51,414 nt of DNA from Candidatus Micrarchaeota archaeon (GCA_029557835.1 JAKQHW010000011.1:1-51414); one strand, 5' to 3'. Counted from the stretch's first letter, positions 22,813 through 32,162 are shown. Numbers and translations: made by a program. Notes: a model not told the origin generated them from the sequence alone.

Positions 22813-25350
22813 ATGGAAACCATAGCCGAATTGTTCAGGAAAAGGTTCCCCGAGCCCACGGCAATCCAAAAGAAGGCGATGCCTGAGCTTTTGCAGGGGA
22901 AGAACGCTTTGCTAGTGGCACCAACTGGGAGCGGGAAGACCGAAGCAGCATTACTGCCCGTGCTGGAGATGGTGCACGGCAAGCCGGGGATAACCTGCCT
23001 TTACATCACTCCGCTTAGGGCGCTGAACAGGGACATGAAAAAAAGGATGGACTGGTGGTGCGACCATGCAGGGATAACGCACGCGGTCAGGCATGGGGAC
23101 ACCAGCGTGAGCGAGCGCGGGAAGCAGAGGGCGAAGCCTCCCCAGCTGCTCATAGTCACCCCGGAAACCCTGCAGGCGCTGCTTGTTGGCAGGGTGATGA
23201 GGAAGCACCTTGCAAATGTTAAGCACGTGATAGTGGACGAGGTGCACGAGCTGCTGAACAACAAGCGCGGGACGCAGTTGTCCATGGGGCTGGAGCGGCT
23301 CGCGGAAATTGCGGAATTCCAGAGGATAGGGCTGAGCGCCACGGTTGCGGAGCCGCGGGAGGCGGGGAGGCTCATCTGCGGCGCGAGGCCGTTCTCGGTG
23401 CTGGAGGCAGGTGGGAACAGGGGCATCCGGCTTGAGATAATCAAGGCGTACGGGGGGGAGAGGAAGAGCTTCGAGCGGCTCAAGGAGTTCCTTGAGAAGG
23501 AAGCGCCGAAGAGGAGGATAGTTTTCGTGAACACGAGGAGCACCGCAGAGGCGCTCTCCACCTACCTTGCGATGGAGAAGGTCCCGGTGGACGTGCACCA
23601 CGGCTCGCTCTCCGCGGAGGTGCGGCTAAAGACGGAGGAGGGGCTGAGGGGCGGGGAGCTCCAGACGGTGGTGGCGACATCCTCGCTGGAGCTTGGGATA
23701 GACATAGGGGATATGGAGGAGGTCGTGCAGTTCGGCTCCCCGCGCGAGGTGGCGCGCCTCGTGCAGAGGGTGGGGCGGAGCGGGCACGCGATGCACCTGG
23801 AGCCATCTGGGAAAATAATTGTCGGGGATTACGACGACTGGATGGAGGCGCGCGCAATCCAGAGGAAATTTGGCGAGGGCTTCCTGGAGGGGCGGGAAGC
23901 GGTGAGGGGCGCGATGGACGTCGCCGCGCACCAGTTCGTGGGCCTGCTCATGGAGATGGGCAGGATGAAGGTGGATGGCGCCTATGGGATATTGAACAGG
24001 GCTTATGCGTTCGCGCTTAAGCCTGAGGAGTTCAGGCGGGCGGTGAAGCAGCTCGAAAGGGAGCGCCTCATATTCCTCAACCCGGACGGCAGCGCGGCCA
24101 TCAGGCGGGCGGGGAGGGAGTATTACTTCTACAACCTGACGACCATACCCAAGGAAAAGAAATATGCGCTGAGGGATTCGAGCACGAACAGGATTGTCGC
24201 GTCGCTTGACGAGAGGTTCGTGTCTACGCTCACCCCCGGGGAGTTCTTTTCTTCCAAGGGCAGGGTATGGAGGATGGTCGAGCTTTCGCACGAGCTGCTC
24301 GCCGAGCCTGCTTCATCCGCGGACTTCATAATCCCGGATTGGGTTGGCGAGGACATCCCTGTGCACCGGGAAATCGCGCAGGAGGTGGGGAGGCTGAGGG
24401 CCGGGGACGGGGACGCGCACGGGGGGAGGGCCATCCCGGACGACGGGAAAATCGTGGTGGAGATTGCGAAGGAATCCGTGGTGCTGCATTCATGCTTCGG
24501 GACCAGGATAAATTACACCCTGGGGCGGGTTCTCCAGCTGCGGCTGGCGAAGAGGCTTGGGGCCGAGGTTGCGGTTGCAACGGACCCGTACAGGGTGATG
24601 CTGAAGCTGCCCTTCCCGGCGAAGAGGGAATGGGTCGACGCGGCGCTCGTGCCGTATGACCTGGAGTTCGATGCCGAGGAGTCCCTTTGGAATTCGTCTG
24701 CGTTGAGAATAGTGTTCCTGCACACCGGGCGCATGTTCGGGATGTTCGGGGAGGACGCGATGGTTGGCACCAAGCTCATGCGGCTCATGGCTGACACCCC
24801 GGTCTACGCCGAGGCGGTAAACACAATCTTCAGGAAATACTTCGACCTGGAAGGCACGAAAAAAGTTCTTGTTGGATTGATGAAAAAGGAGCCGGAGCTC
24901 ATATTCGAGGAAAAGGAGGAACTATCATTTTTTGCAATGGAGGGCATAAGGAGAAAAGAGGAAGGAGTGCCTTCCATACAGCCGCGGGAGGCGATGCTGA
25001 AATCCATAAGGGAGGAAATATCCAAAAAGCCGGTGGAGCTGAAGTGCCTCTCCTGCGGGGCGTCCAGGCGGACCACCGCTGGGAACGCGCCCGGGCAGAT
25101 GAAATGCCATGCGTGCGGTCGCTCATCGCTCACGCTCGGGAAGGGCGGGCCCGAGGACCAGGCGCTCGCCGCGGCCATATTGCGCGCATATGGGAAGAGG
25201 GGGCTTCTTGCGCTCTCGGTTTATGGGGTCGGGCCAAAGACCGCGGACAGGATACTGAGCAAACTGCACAAGGACGAGGACCTGCTGCTTTTGGAACTGT
25301 TGGAGGCCCAGAAGAATTTCATTAAAAATAAGAAATACTGGAGGGCATAG
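22813..25350 (+). CDS. lhr: Lhr-like superfamily-2 DEAD/DEAH helicase
   Basis: It has AIQKKAMP, APTGSGKTEAA, DEVHEL, SAT and a domain similar to the Lhr core. A C-terminal zinc ribbon (CLSCG...CHACG) is present. Confidence 0.85.
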   Translation: METIAELFRKRFPEPTAIQKKAMPELLQGKNALLVAPTGSGKTEAALLPVLEMVHGKPGITCLYITPLRALNRDMKKRMDWWCDHAGITHAVRHGDTSVSERGKQRAKPPQLLIVTPETLQALLVGRVMRKHLANVKHVIVDEVHELLNNKRGTQLSMGLERLAEIAEFQRIGLSATVAEPREAGRLICGARPFSVLEAGGNRGIRLEIIKAYGGERKSFERLKEFLEKEAPKRRIVFVNTRSTAEALSTYLAMEKVPVDVHHGSLSAEVRLKTEEGLRGGELQTVVATSSLELGIDIGDMEEVVQFGSPREVARLVQRVGRSGHAMHLEPSGKIIVGDYDDWMEARAIQRKFGEGFLEGREAVRGAMDVAAHQFVGLLMEMGRMKVDGAYGILNRAYAFALKPEEFRRAVKQLERERLIFLNPDGSAAIRRAGREYYFYNLTTIPKEKKYALRDSSTNRIVASLDERFVSTLTPGEFFSSKGRVWRMVELSHELLAEPASSADFIIPDWVGEDIPVHREIAQEVGRLRAGDGDAHGGRAIPDDGKIVVEIAKESVVLHSCFGTRINYTLGRVLQLRLAKRLGAEVAVATDPYRVMLKLPFPAKREWVDAALVPYDLEFDAEESLWNSSALRIVFLHTGRMFGMFGEDAMVGTKLMRLMADTPVYAEAVNTIFRKYFDLEGTKKVLVGLMKKEPELIFEEKEELSFFAMEGIRRKEEGVPSIQPREAMLKSIREEISKKPVELKCLSCGASRRTTAGNAPGQMKCHACGRSSLTLGKGGPEDQALAAAILRAYGKRGLLALSVYGVGPKTADRILSKLHKDEDLLLLELLEAQKNFIKNKKYWRA

Positions 25351-25404
25351 CCTGAGGGTGGTTTAAAAGCCTTATTGTGTTAATTATATAAAAAAGGTGT
25401 AATA

Positions 25405-26361
25405 TTGCAAAGGAAAACCAAATGGAAAATGAGGGCGCTCGCGGAAGCCCGGGTAAGGCGGGAAGCGGAGCGCCGGGAGAAAAAGTTCAGGGCTGCGCAG
25501 AAGCCTTCTCCGGAGAGTCTGATCAGGGGGCTTAAGCCCGCAATCGGGCTCATAGACGCGAACAGGTTTGATGAGGCCCGGGATATGGTTGCCGACTTCC
25601 TTGAGAGGCGCCCGGGCAGCGCGGCCGGCCATTCGCTGCTCATAAGGATACACGGGATGCTTGGGGAGGCGGAGCTTTCCGAGCACCTTTTCGAATATGC
25701 GAAGGGAAATGGGATGGGGTCAAGGGACCTGTATGGGGCGATGGTGGATGCCTATTCCAGCTGCAGGGAATTCGGGAAGGCGCAGGCGGTGATCGCAGAA
25801 GCCGAAGCCTGCGGCCTTGGGTGCGCAAAAAATTACGCGCACCTGATGGCAGGATTATACGGGGAGGGGCGGTACGAAGACGTGGAAAGGGTCTATCTGT
25901 CCCTCCCCATCTCATACAAATCCAAGGCAGCCCTTAACATCAAGTATGCCGACGCATTGAGGAAGATGAAGAGATACGGGGAAGCCAAGGAAGCCGCGGA
26001 GTTTTCCATAAGCCTGCGGAGCACTCTGGCCGAGAAAACCAAGGCAAGGATAATCATAGGATATTGCGAAATGTGCCTGGGGAACCCGGAGAAGGCCTAC
26101 AAGCTTCTCCGTGAGGAATACGAGAAGGTTTCCCGGCTGGAGGATGGGGGGTTCTCGCAGAGGTTTTTCCCGAGGCTGCTTTGCGGGGTTGTGTTCGCAT
26201 GCAGCAAGGCAGGCATACCCCAGCCGGATTCGACCGCGGAGCAGTGGAGGAGGCTGCTTGAGAGGATCCAGGAGGAAGGGCGCGGAAATGCCGGGGATAT
26301 AGGGGCCGCGCTCATGCGCTTGCGCCATATACCCGCCGCACCTGCCCAGCACGAATTATAA
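25405..26361 (+). CDS. helical-repeat protein (TPR/PPR-like)
   Basis: It has ~35-aa helix-turn-helix repeats such as DLYGAMVDAYSSCREFGKAQAVIAEAEACGLGC and KNYAHLMAGLYGEGRYEDVERVY. The listed start is TTG at 25405 and the first ATG is at 25429. Confidence 0.5.
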   Translation: MQRKTKWKMRALAEARVRREAERREKKFRAAQKPSPESLIRGLKPAIGLIDANRFDEARDMVADFLERRPGSAAGHSLLIRIHGMLGEAELSEHLFEYAKGNGMGSRDLYGAMVDAYSSCREFGKAQAVIAEAEACGLGCAKNYAHLMAGLYGEGRYEDVERVYLSLPISYKSKAALNIKYADALRKMKRYGEAKEAAEFSISLRSTLAEKTKARIIIGYCEMCLGNPEKAYKLLREEYEKVSRLEDGGFSQRFFPRLLCGVVFACSKAGIPQPDSTAEQWRRLLERIQEEGRGNAGDIGAALMRLRHIPAAPAQHEL

Positions 26362-26384
26362 TAGGTTCGGTGGGAATCTACACC

Positions 26385-27290
26385 ATGGCTGAATTCGTCG
26401 AGGCTCCGCTGTCCGAGTTCGAGCAGGCGGGGAAAATCGCTGCGAAGGTGCGTGAGGAGAGCAAGTCCCTTGTGATGGTGGACGCGAGCCTCCTGGACGT
26501 TGCGGAAACAATAGAAGGGATGATTATCGAGGAGGGGGCGTTCCCCGCTTTTCCGACCAATGTATCAATCAATGAGATAGCCGCGCACTACACCCCCGAG
26601 AAAGGGGACGGGGCGCTCTTCAAGGAAACGGACCTGGTGAAGATAGATTTCGGGGTGAGCGTGAACGGGGCGCTTTCGGACACCGCTTACACCATAGATT
26701 TGAGCGAAAAGAACGGCAAGCTGGTGGAGGCCGCGGAGAAGGCGCTCGAGAACGCGATTGCGGGGATCAAGCCCGGGGTGAAGGTAGGCGAGGTGGGTGG
26801 CATTGTGGAGGAGACCGTCAAGGGGTATGGGTTCCGCCCGATAGCCAACCTCACGGGCCACATGATAAAGACCGGGCTTCTGCACGCGGGGATAGACATA
26901 CCGAATGTGAAGACCGAGGACCCGTACGAGTTCCAGGTTGGCGACATATTCGCCGTTGAGCCGTTTGCAACCGATGGGAAGGGTTTCGTTTCCGACACCG
27001 AGCAGGTGGAGATATTCTCGCTCTATCTTCCCGGGGGATTGCGCATGAGGCAGTCCAGGCAGCTGTTGAACCACATAATAAACAACTACGGGATGCTCCC
27101 GTTCGCGGAGAGATGGCTGGTGCAGGAGTTCCCCTCCAAATTGCTGGTGGGCAACGCGCTAAAGGAAATGCTGAGGATGCAGGTGCTGAAGGCCTACCCG
27201 GTGCTGAAGGAAGCCGGGGGCGGGCTGGTCTCGCAGGCGGAGCATACTGTGGTTGTGGAAGAGGGTGGCGCGCGAATCCTGACTCAATAG
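26385..27290 (+). CDS. map: methionine aminopeptidase, type 2 (archaeal)
   Basis: FPTNVSINEIAAHYTP, DFGV..NG...D.A.T and AEHTV are present. I trimmed the ORF to the ATG at 26385. Confidence 0.9.
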   Translation: MAEFVEAPLSEFEQAGKIAAKVREESKSLVMVDASLLDVAETIEGMIIEEGAFPAFPTNVSINEIAAHYTPEKGDGALFKETDLVKIDFGVSVNGALSDTAYTIDLSEKNGKLVEAAEKALENAIAGIKPGVKVGEVGGIVEETVKGYGFRPIANLTGHMIKTGLLHAGIDIPNVKTEDPYEFQVGDIFAVEPFATDGKGFVSDTEQVEIFSLYLPGGLRMRQSRQLLNHIINNYGMLPFAERWLVQEFPSKLLVGNALKEMLRMQVLKAYPVLKEAGGGLVSQAEHTVVVEEGGARILTQ

Positions 27291-27351
27291 GTTTTTATTC
27301 TTCTTTTGTTGCTAATATGGATGCCGGAGACTGGAAACAGGAAACGGTCTT

Positions 27352-27450
27352 GGGTCCGTAAGGTAACCTGGATAGCCTACAAGGCTTCGAATGCCTTCTC
27401 CTGAATGCAGGAGCAACCTTGCAGTGTGGGTTCAAATCCCGCCGGGCCCG
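27352..27450 (+). tRNA. tRNA-Arg (anticodon UCG) with ~25-nt intron at the canonical 37/38 position
   Basis: The acceptor is GGGTCCG/CGGGCCC. The anticodon arm is CAAGG-CTTCGA[intron ATGCCTTCTCCTGAATGCAGGAGCA]A-CCTTG. The T arm is GTGGG-TTCAAAT-CCCGC. The intron carries the hairpin CTCCTG-AATG-CAGGAG. Confidence 0.85.
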
Positions 27451-27464
27451 ATTGGAGAAAACGC

Positions 27465-27480
27465 GGGGGAGGCGTCCCCC
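27465..27480 (+). terminator. G5/C5 hairpin plus TCATTTTC tail downstream of tRNA-Arg
   Basis: GGGGGA-GGCG-TCCCCC is followed by TCATTTTCTTCC. The same CCCCCTC..TCATTTTC tail follows tRNA-Lys. Confidence 0.4.
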
Positions 27481-27574
27481 TCATTTTCTTCCATCTCTCT
27501 GATCCCCCTCCACTTCGCTTGGAGCCGCTTGGCGCGCACTCCTTACGCAATTGGATGGATTAAGGTGATTATGC

Positions 27575-27814
27575 ATGGACAAGGAAAGGGCGGAGAAAAG
27601 CCTTCGGAAACTGAAAGCCCACCTGGAAAGGGGCGCGTGGATTGCGGAGAAGCATCCGGAAGTGTTCGCGCTTGCCAGGCAGTATGCGGAGGACGCTGAG
27701 CATTTCTTCAAAAAAGGGGATTGCTTCTCATCCTTTGGGGCTTCCGATTATGCGTATGGGCTATTGGATGCGGTTTGGATTGTGGAGAAGGGCGGGCTTC
27801 CGCCCCCATTGTGA
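27575..27814 (+). CDS. DUF357-family protein
   Basis: This 79-aa helical protein contains YAEDAEHFFKKGDCFSSFGASDYAYGLLDA, which matches the DUF357 pattern. Confidence 0.65.
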   Translation: MDKERAEKSLRKLKAHLERGAWIAEKHPEVFALARQYAEDAEHFFKKGDCFSSFGASDYAYGLLDAVWIVEKGGLPPPL

Positions 27815-27953
27815 GGGTGGGGCGAAGCCTTAAAAACATTCGTTAACATCATAATACACAATACACAAGCGCTTTTTTTCCAAGCTTAGTTGCTCCGGAT
27901 TGGGGAAGCATTTAAAACTCTTACAATCTAAAGGAGACCAACTATTTTTGGTG

Positions 27954-28592
27954 ATGCATATGGAAACCGATTCCAAAGAGCAGATGATAAAGAAGACCGG
28001 CACGACCACGGTCGGCCTTGTGTGCAAGGACGGCGTGATACTGGGGAGCGACCGCAGGGCGACGATGGGATACTACATAGCCAACAAGAAGACCCCCAAG
28101 ATACACATGATAAGCGACCGAATAGGGATGACCATCGCGGGCGGGGTCGGGGATGCGCAGTCCCTGGTGCGCTGGATGCGCGCGGAGATAAAGCTCTACG
28201 AGCTAAAGCACGGGAGGAAGATGAGCGTCGGGGGCGCGGCCACCCTTCTTGCGAACATACTCTCCGGCCACAAATACTACCCGTTCTTCGTGCAGCTGCT
28301 GGTCGGCGGCGTGGACGACAAGCCCAGGGTGTTCAGCGTGGACATGCTTGGCGGGGTCACGGAAGAGGACATAACCGCGACCGGGAGCGGCTCGCCGATT
28401 GCGATGGGCGTCCTGGAAGAGATGTATGTGAAGGACGGGACTGTCAAGGAGAATGCGCCGATAGCTGCCAGGGCGGTCGGCGCGGCGATGAAGAGGGACG
28501 CCGGGAGCGGGGAAGGGGTGGATATCCTGGTAATAACCAACTCCGGCACCGAGGCGCTCACTGACAAGGATTTCAGGAAGCACAGTGCCTGA
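27954..28592 (+). CDS. psmB: proteasome subunit beta
   Basis: A short propeptide is followed by the catalytic TTTVGLVCKDGVILGSDRRAT. ATTTAAAA lies upstream. I chose the start at ATG 27954 (the ORF opens at 27900). Confidence 0.9.
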   Translation: MHMETDSKEQMIKKTGTTTVGLVCKDGVILGSDRRATMGYYIANKKTPKIHMISDRIGMTIAGGVGDAQSLVRWMRAEIKLYELKHGRKMSVGGAATLLANILSGHKYYPFFVQLLVGGVDDKPRVFSVDMLGGVTEEDITATGSGSPIAMGVLEEMYVKDGTVKENAPIAARAVGAAMKRDAGSGEGVDILVITNSGTEALTDKDFRKHSA

Positions 28593-28709
28593 GGGCAAGC
28601 CTGGCGCAGAAGAAGAACGTTTTTGAGGGCGGAGGTTTTGGCGTCTTTTTTCGCCTCCGGCCCGTTTCCGGGCGCGAGCCCGGGCGGATGAAAAAAGGCG
28701 GGTGATTTT

Positions 28710-30605
28710 TTGCAACAGAAAGAAATAGAGAAGACCGTATCTGAGATAATGCCCGCGGAGTGCGGGATTGCCAAGGTGGAGGCCGAAGGCCTGAATATAG
28801 TAATATATGTGAGGAACATCGAGGCGTTCTACCGCAACGACCAGCTCATCAAGCAGCTTGCCGGAGCGGTCAGGAAGAAAGTCAGTGTAAGGGTGGACCA
28901 GTCCCGGCTCATGGACATGGAGAGGGCAAGGAAAGAGATTGAGTCCCTCGTGCCAAAGGAGGCGGTGATAAGCTCCATCACGTTCGCATCAACCTTCTCC
29001 GAGGTGTTCATAGAGGCGCTCAAGCCCGGGCTCGTGATAGGCAAAGGGGGCGTGGTGCTCAAGGAGATAATAACAAGGACGGGCTGGTCGCCCGTGGTCC
29101 TGAGGAGCCCGACCATACCCTCCTCGACCATACGGGGGATAAGGAAGGGATACATGGCCGAGGCGGAGGACAGGAAGAAGTTCCTGCTCTCGCTCGGGAA
29201 GAAGATATGCCAGCCCTCGCCCTCGAGCGAATGGGTGCGGGTGTCCATGCTCGGCGCGTTCAGGGAGGTGGGCCGGAGCTGCATGCTGGTGCAGACCCCC
29301 CACAGCAGGTTGCTCATTGACGTGGGGATAAACCCGGTGATAGGGGAGGCCACCAAGGCCTACCCATACCTCAACTTCATGGGGTTCCCGCTGGAAGAGC
29401 TGGACGCCGTGATAATCAGCCACGGCCACATAGACCACATGGGCTTCCTGCCCTATCTGTACGCTTATGGATACGACGGCCCGGTGTACTGCACCCCCCC
29501 GACCAGGGAGCTGATGGCGCTGCTGCAGACCGATTCCGTGGACCTCATGAAGAAATCCCTCGGGGTGGACCCGCCATACGGGAAGAAGGACATCCAGAAG
29601 GAGCTCAGGCGGGTGGTCCCGGTGGAGTACGGGGAAGTGGTGGACATAACCCCGGAGATAAAGATGACGCTCTACAACGCCGGGCACATAATCGGGAGCG
29701 CGATGGTCCACCTCCACATAGGGGAGGGGCTCCACAACCTTGTGTACAGCGGGGACATGAAATTCGGGTACACCCGGCTCTTCGAGCCGGCCAACACCCG
29801 CTTCCCGCGCATAGAGACGCTCTTCCTGGAAAGCACATACGGGGCCAAGAACGACATCACCTCGAACCGGAGGGACATGGAAGACAGGCTCGTGAACATA
29901 ATCAAGGAGACCGCGGCGAAGGGGGGAAAGGTGCTCATACCGGTGTTCGCGGTTGGGAGGAGCCAGGAGATAATGCTCGTGCTGGAGGACTATGTGAGGC
30001 GGGACCCGAACTTCAACGTCCCGGTCTACATAGACGGCATGGTGATGGAGACCTCGGCCATCCACACCGCGTATCCGGAATACCTGCGCGAGAGCATAGA
30101 GAGGAGGATACTCTCCAACAACAGCCCGTTTGAGTCCCCGATGCTCAAGGTGGCCAAGGGGACGGACAAGGAGAGCATAGTGAACGGCGAGCCGGCGGTC
30201 ATACTTGCGCCGTCAGGAATGCTAAACGGCGGGCCTTCTGTGGAATACCTCAGGCTCATGGCCGAGGACGAGAGGAACACGCTCGTTTTCGTGGGCTACC
30301 AGAGCCCGCTTTCCCTAGGGCACAAGATACAGAGGGGCATGAAGGAGATACCGGTCACCGGAGACGACGGAAGGGCAAAGATAATGAACATAAGGATGCG
30401 CATCGAGACCGTGGAGGGCTTCTCCGGCCACAGCGACAGGCACCAGCTCATGGCATTCCTCAGCAACCTAAAGCCGGTTCCGGAGCGCGTCTTCACGATG
30501 CACGGGGACTGGAACAAGGCGGACGACCTCGCGAGGGGGGCAGCTTCCCTGCTCAGGAGGGAGGCGAGGGCGCCCCTGAACCTAGAGGCGATTAGGCTCA
30601 AATGA
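28710..30605 (+). CDS. aCPSF1/FttA: KH-KH + metallo-beta-lactamase + beta-CASP ribonuclease (transcription termination factor)
   Basis: The 631-aa protein has N-terminal KH domains (GLVIGKGGVVLKEI), an HxHxDH motif (SHGHIDHMG) and beta-CASP motifs. It lies next to psmB, as in many archaea. Confidence 0.9.
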   Translation: MQQKEIEKTVSEIMPAECGIAKVEAEGLNIVIYVRNIEAFYRNDQLIKQLAGAVRKKVSVRVDQSRLMDMERARKEIESLVPKEAVISSITFASTFSEVFIEALKPGLVIGKGGVVLKEIITRTGWSPVVLRSPTIPSSTIRGIRKGYMAEAEDRKKFLLSLGKKICQPSPSSEWVRVSMLGAFREVGRSCMLVQTPHSRLLIDVGINPVIGEATKAYPYLNFMGFPLEELDAVIISHGHIDHMGFLPYLYAYGYDGPVYCTPPTRELMALLQTDSVDLMKKSLGVDPPYGKKDIQKELRRVVPVEYGEVVDITPEIKMTLYNAGHIIGSAMVHLHIGEGLHNLVYSGDMKFGYTRLFEPANTRFPRIETLFLESTYGAKNDITSNRRDMEDRLVNIIKETAAKGGKVLIPVFAVGRSQEIMLVLEDYVRRDPNFNVPVYIDGMVMETSAIHTAYPEYLRESIERRILSNNSPFESPMLKVAKGTDKESIVNGEPAVILAPSGMLNGGPSVEYLRLMAEDERNTLVFVGYQSPLSLGHKIQRGMKEIPVTGDDGRAKIMNIRMRIETVEGFSGHSDRHQLMAFLSNLKPVPERVFTMHGDWNKADDLARGAASLLRREARAPLNLEAIRLK

Positions 30606-31145
30606 TCATGTCTTTTCCTGCTTGGAAAAAGCCTTGTTCATGAGCGGGACGCAGTAGAACGAGAACGCGAGCCCTGCCATGCCGCCGGTGAGCAGGCGAA
30701 TGAGGTTGGAGCTCTCCCTCAGCCCGATGAGTTGCGTGCCGCCGTCAAGCGCGATGGGGGCCAGTGCAAGCACGAAGAACAGGGGGTTCGGCACCATCTT
30801 GGAATCGTGCCTTCTGAGAAGGAAAAGCAGGGCGCCGCCCAAAAGCGCAGCGGCGTATATCCCGACGTCCCTGGAGCAGACCGGGAACGCGTACCCTGCA
30901 ACGCCGCCCTTCTCGACCGCATATATCCTATATGGGACCAGCTGCCCGCCCTCCATGCAATCCGAAATCCCCTGGCCCGGGAAATAGCATATCGAGCGGG
31001 AGACGAACTGGTGGCATGTGAGCCCGTACGCGGCGTAGAGCGGCTCTGCGAGCCCGATGCCCGCCTCGGCAAGGAACGGGGTGATGAGTATTGGCAGCGT
31101 GAACAGCGCGAGCACGGCCATGTATGCCTTATACCCCGTTTCCAT
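30606..31145 (-). CDS. DUF2085-family membrane protein
   Basis: It has multiple TM helices and a CHQFVSRSI motif. I trimmed the ORF to the ATG at 31145. Confidence 0.6.
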   Translation of the reverse strand: METGYKAYMAVLALFTLPILITPFLAEAGIGLAEPLYAAYGLTCHQFVSRSICYFPGQGISDCMEGGQLVPYRIYAVEKGGVAGYAFPVCSRDVGIYAAALLGGALLFLLRRHDSKMVPNPLFFVLALAPIALDGGTQLIGLRESSNLIRLLTGGMAGLAFSFYCVPLMNKAFSKQEKT

Positions 31146-31147
31146 CC

Positions 31148-31627
31148 TCACACCTTCCTGCCAAGCTCGCGTGAGCACTCATTCCTCTCCCACGGGTATA
31201 CCAGCCATGACTTTGTCTCTTCCACGAAGAAATCCGGCCGGAACTTGGAATGGGGCTTGAAATGGAGGGTGGCGACCTTGATTTCGGTGGCGCCCATCCG
31301 CATGAGATGGTCCTTCGCAACCTTGAGGCTCCTCCCGGTGTCGGAAACGTCGTCCACAAGCAGCGCCCTTTTCCCGTCGATTCGGGTGGTCAGCTGCTGG
31401 GTGAGCTGCGGAAACTCCATCGTTTTCCCCATCCCCTTGTAGAAGGAGACGCGTATCACCTGGAGGTCGCCAACATCCATTATGTCGGAAAGGAGGCGGG
31501 CCGGGACAAGCCCTCCCCTGCTGACGCCTATGATCGTATCCGGGGAAAAGCCGGATGATTTAACCTGCAAGGCGAGGCGTTCGCACATGCGGGAGGCGCC
31601 GCCCCAGCTTACCCTCAGCAGTTCCAT
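31148..31627 (-). CDS. purine (hypoxanthine/guanine-type) phosphoribosyltransferase
   Basis: The PRPP-binding motif is ALLVDDVSDTGRSL, followed by C-terminal YPWE. I trimmed the ORF to the ATG at 31627 (MELLRVSW...). Confidence 0.75.
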   Translation of the reverse strand: MELLRVSWGGASRMCERLALQVKSSGFSPDTIIGVSRGGLVPARLLSDIMDVGDLQVIRVSFYKGMGKTMEFPQLTQQLTTRIDGKRALLVDDVSDTGRSLKVAKDHLMRMGATEIKVATLHFKPHSKFRPDFFVEETKSWLVYPWERNECSRELGRKV

Positions 31628-31724
31628 GGTAGGGGTTGGGTGGCTCCGGATTAAAAGCGTTCGCTCTCGTGTGCGCCCAGATAACATTTTTATATTTTGC
31701 CTTTGAAGAGAAGCTTGTGATAGC

Positions 31725-32111
31725 ATGGGCATATTGAAATCAATAAAGGAATTCTTCTTGGGGAAGGACGAGAAGAAGGCCGTTCCACAAGCAAAGCCGG
31801 CGGCCGCAGCGCCGCCTGCCGCGAGGCCGCTGCCTCCGCCAAGGCCGGTTGCGAGGCCGCTGCCTCCTCCACAGAGGCCGGCGGGTGCGATGCCCCCGAG
31901 GCCGATAGCGCCTATTTACCGGCCGCTTCCGCCTCCGGCGCGCCCGGTTGCGAGGCCGCTGCCTCCGCCAAGGCCTGCTGCCAGGCCCGCAGTCTTTGCG
32001 CCGCCCTATTCCGCCATGAAGGCGGCCCAGAAGCCCGCCGCCAAGAAGCCGGCGAAAAAGGCGGCTAAGAAGGCGCCTGCGAAAAAAGGGAAGGCGAAAA
32101 GGAAAAAGTGA
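31725..32111 (+). CDS. Pro-rich repeat protein with N-terminal amphipathic helix and Lys/Ala-rich basic tail
   Basis: It starts MGILKSIKEFFLGK, carries 4x (A)RPLPPP(R)P units and ends AAKKPAKKAAKKAPAKKGKAKRKK. Confidence 0.5.
   Translation: MGILKSIKEFFLGKDEKKAVPQAKPAAAAPPAARPLPPPRPVARPLPPPQRPAGAMPPRPIAPIYRPLPPPARPVARPLPPPRPAARPAVFAPPYSAMKAAQKPAAKKPAKKAAKKAPAKKGKAKRKK
31821..31975 (+). repeat. intragenic DNA repeats encoding ARPLPPPRP units
   Basis: GCGAGGCCGCTGCCTCCGCCAAGGCC is identical at 31821-31846 and 31950-31975. A 17-nt partial copy is at 31851-31867. Confidence 0.85.
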
Positions 32112-32162
32112 ATTAAAGACGGGGGCGAGAGCCCCCTTCCTGTTTTTCCATAACCAGGGCGG

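Noticed and set aside
27331-27347. CTGGAAAC-AGGAAAC upstream of tRNA-Arg, and GTTTCCCCACTGA (36194-36206), as additional ORB-like or regulatory sites
   Set aside because: GGAAAC is a 6-mer expected many times in 51 kb on two strands. Without a genome-wide enrichment test these isolated hits are not evidence.
28989-30065. 358-aa minus-strand ORF inside aCPSF1
   Set aside because: It is antisense to a gene with unambiguous KH, MBL and beta-CASP motifs. It is His/Pro/Val/Arg-rich with no motifs.
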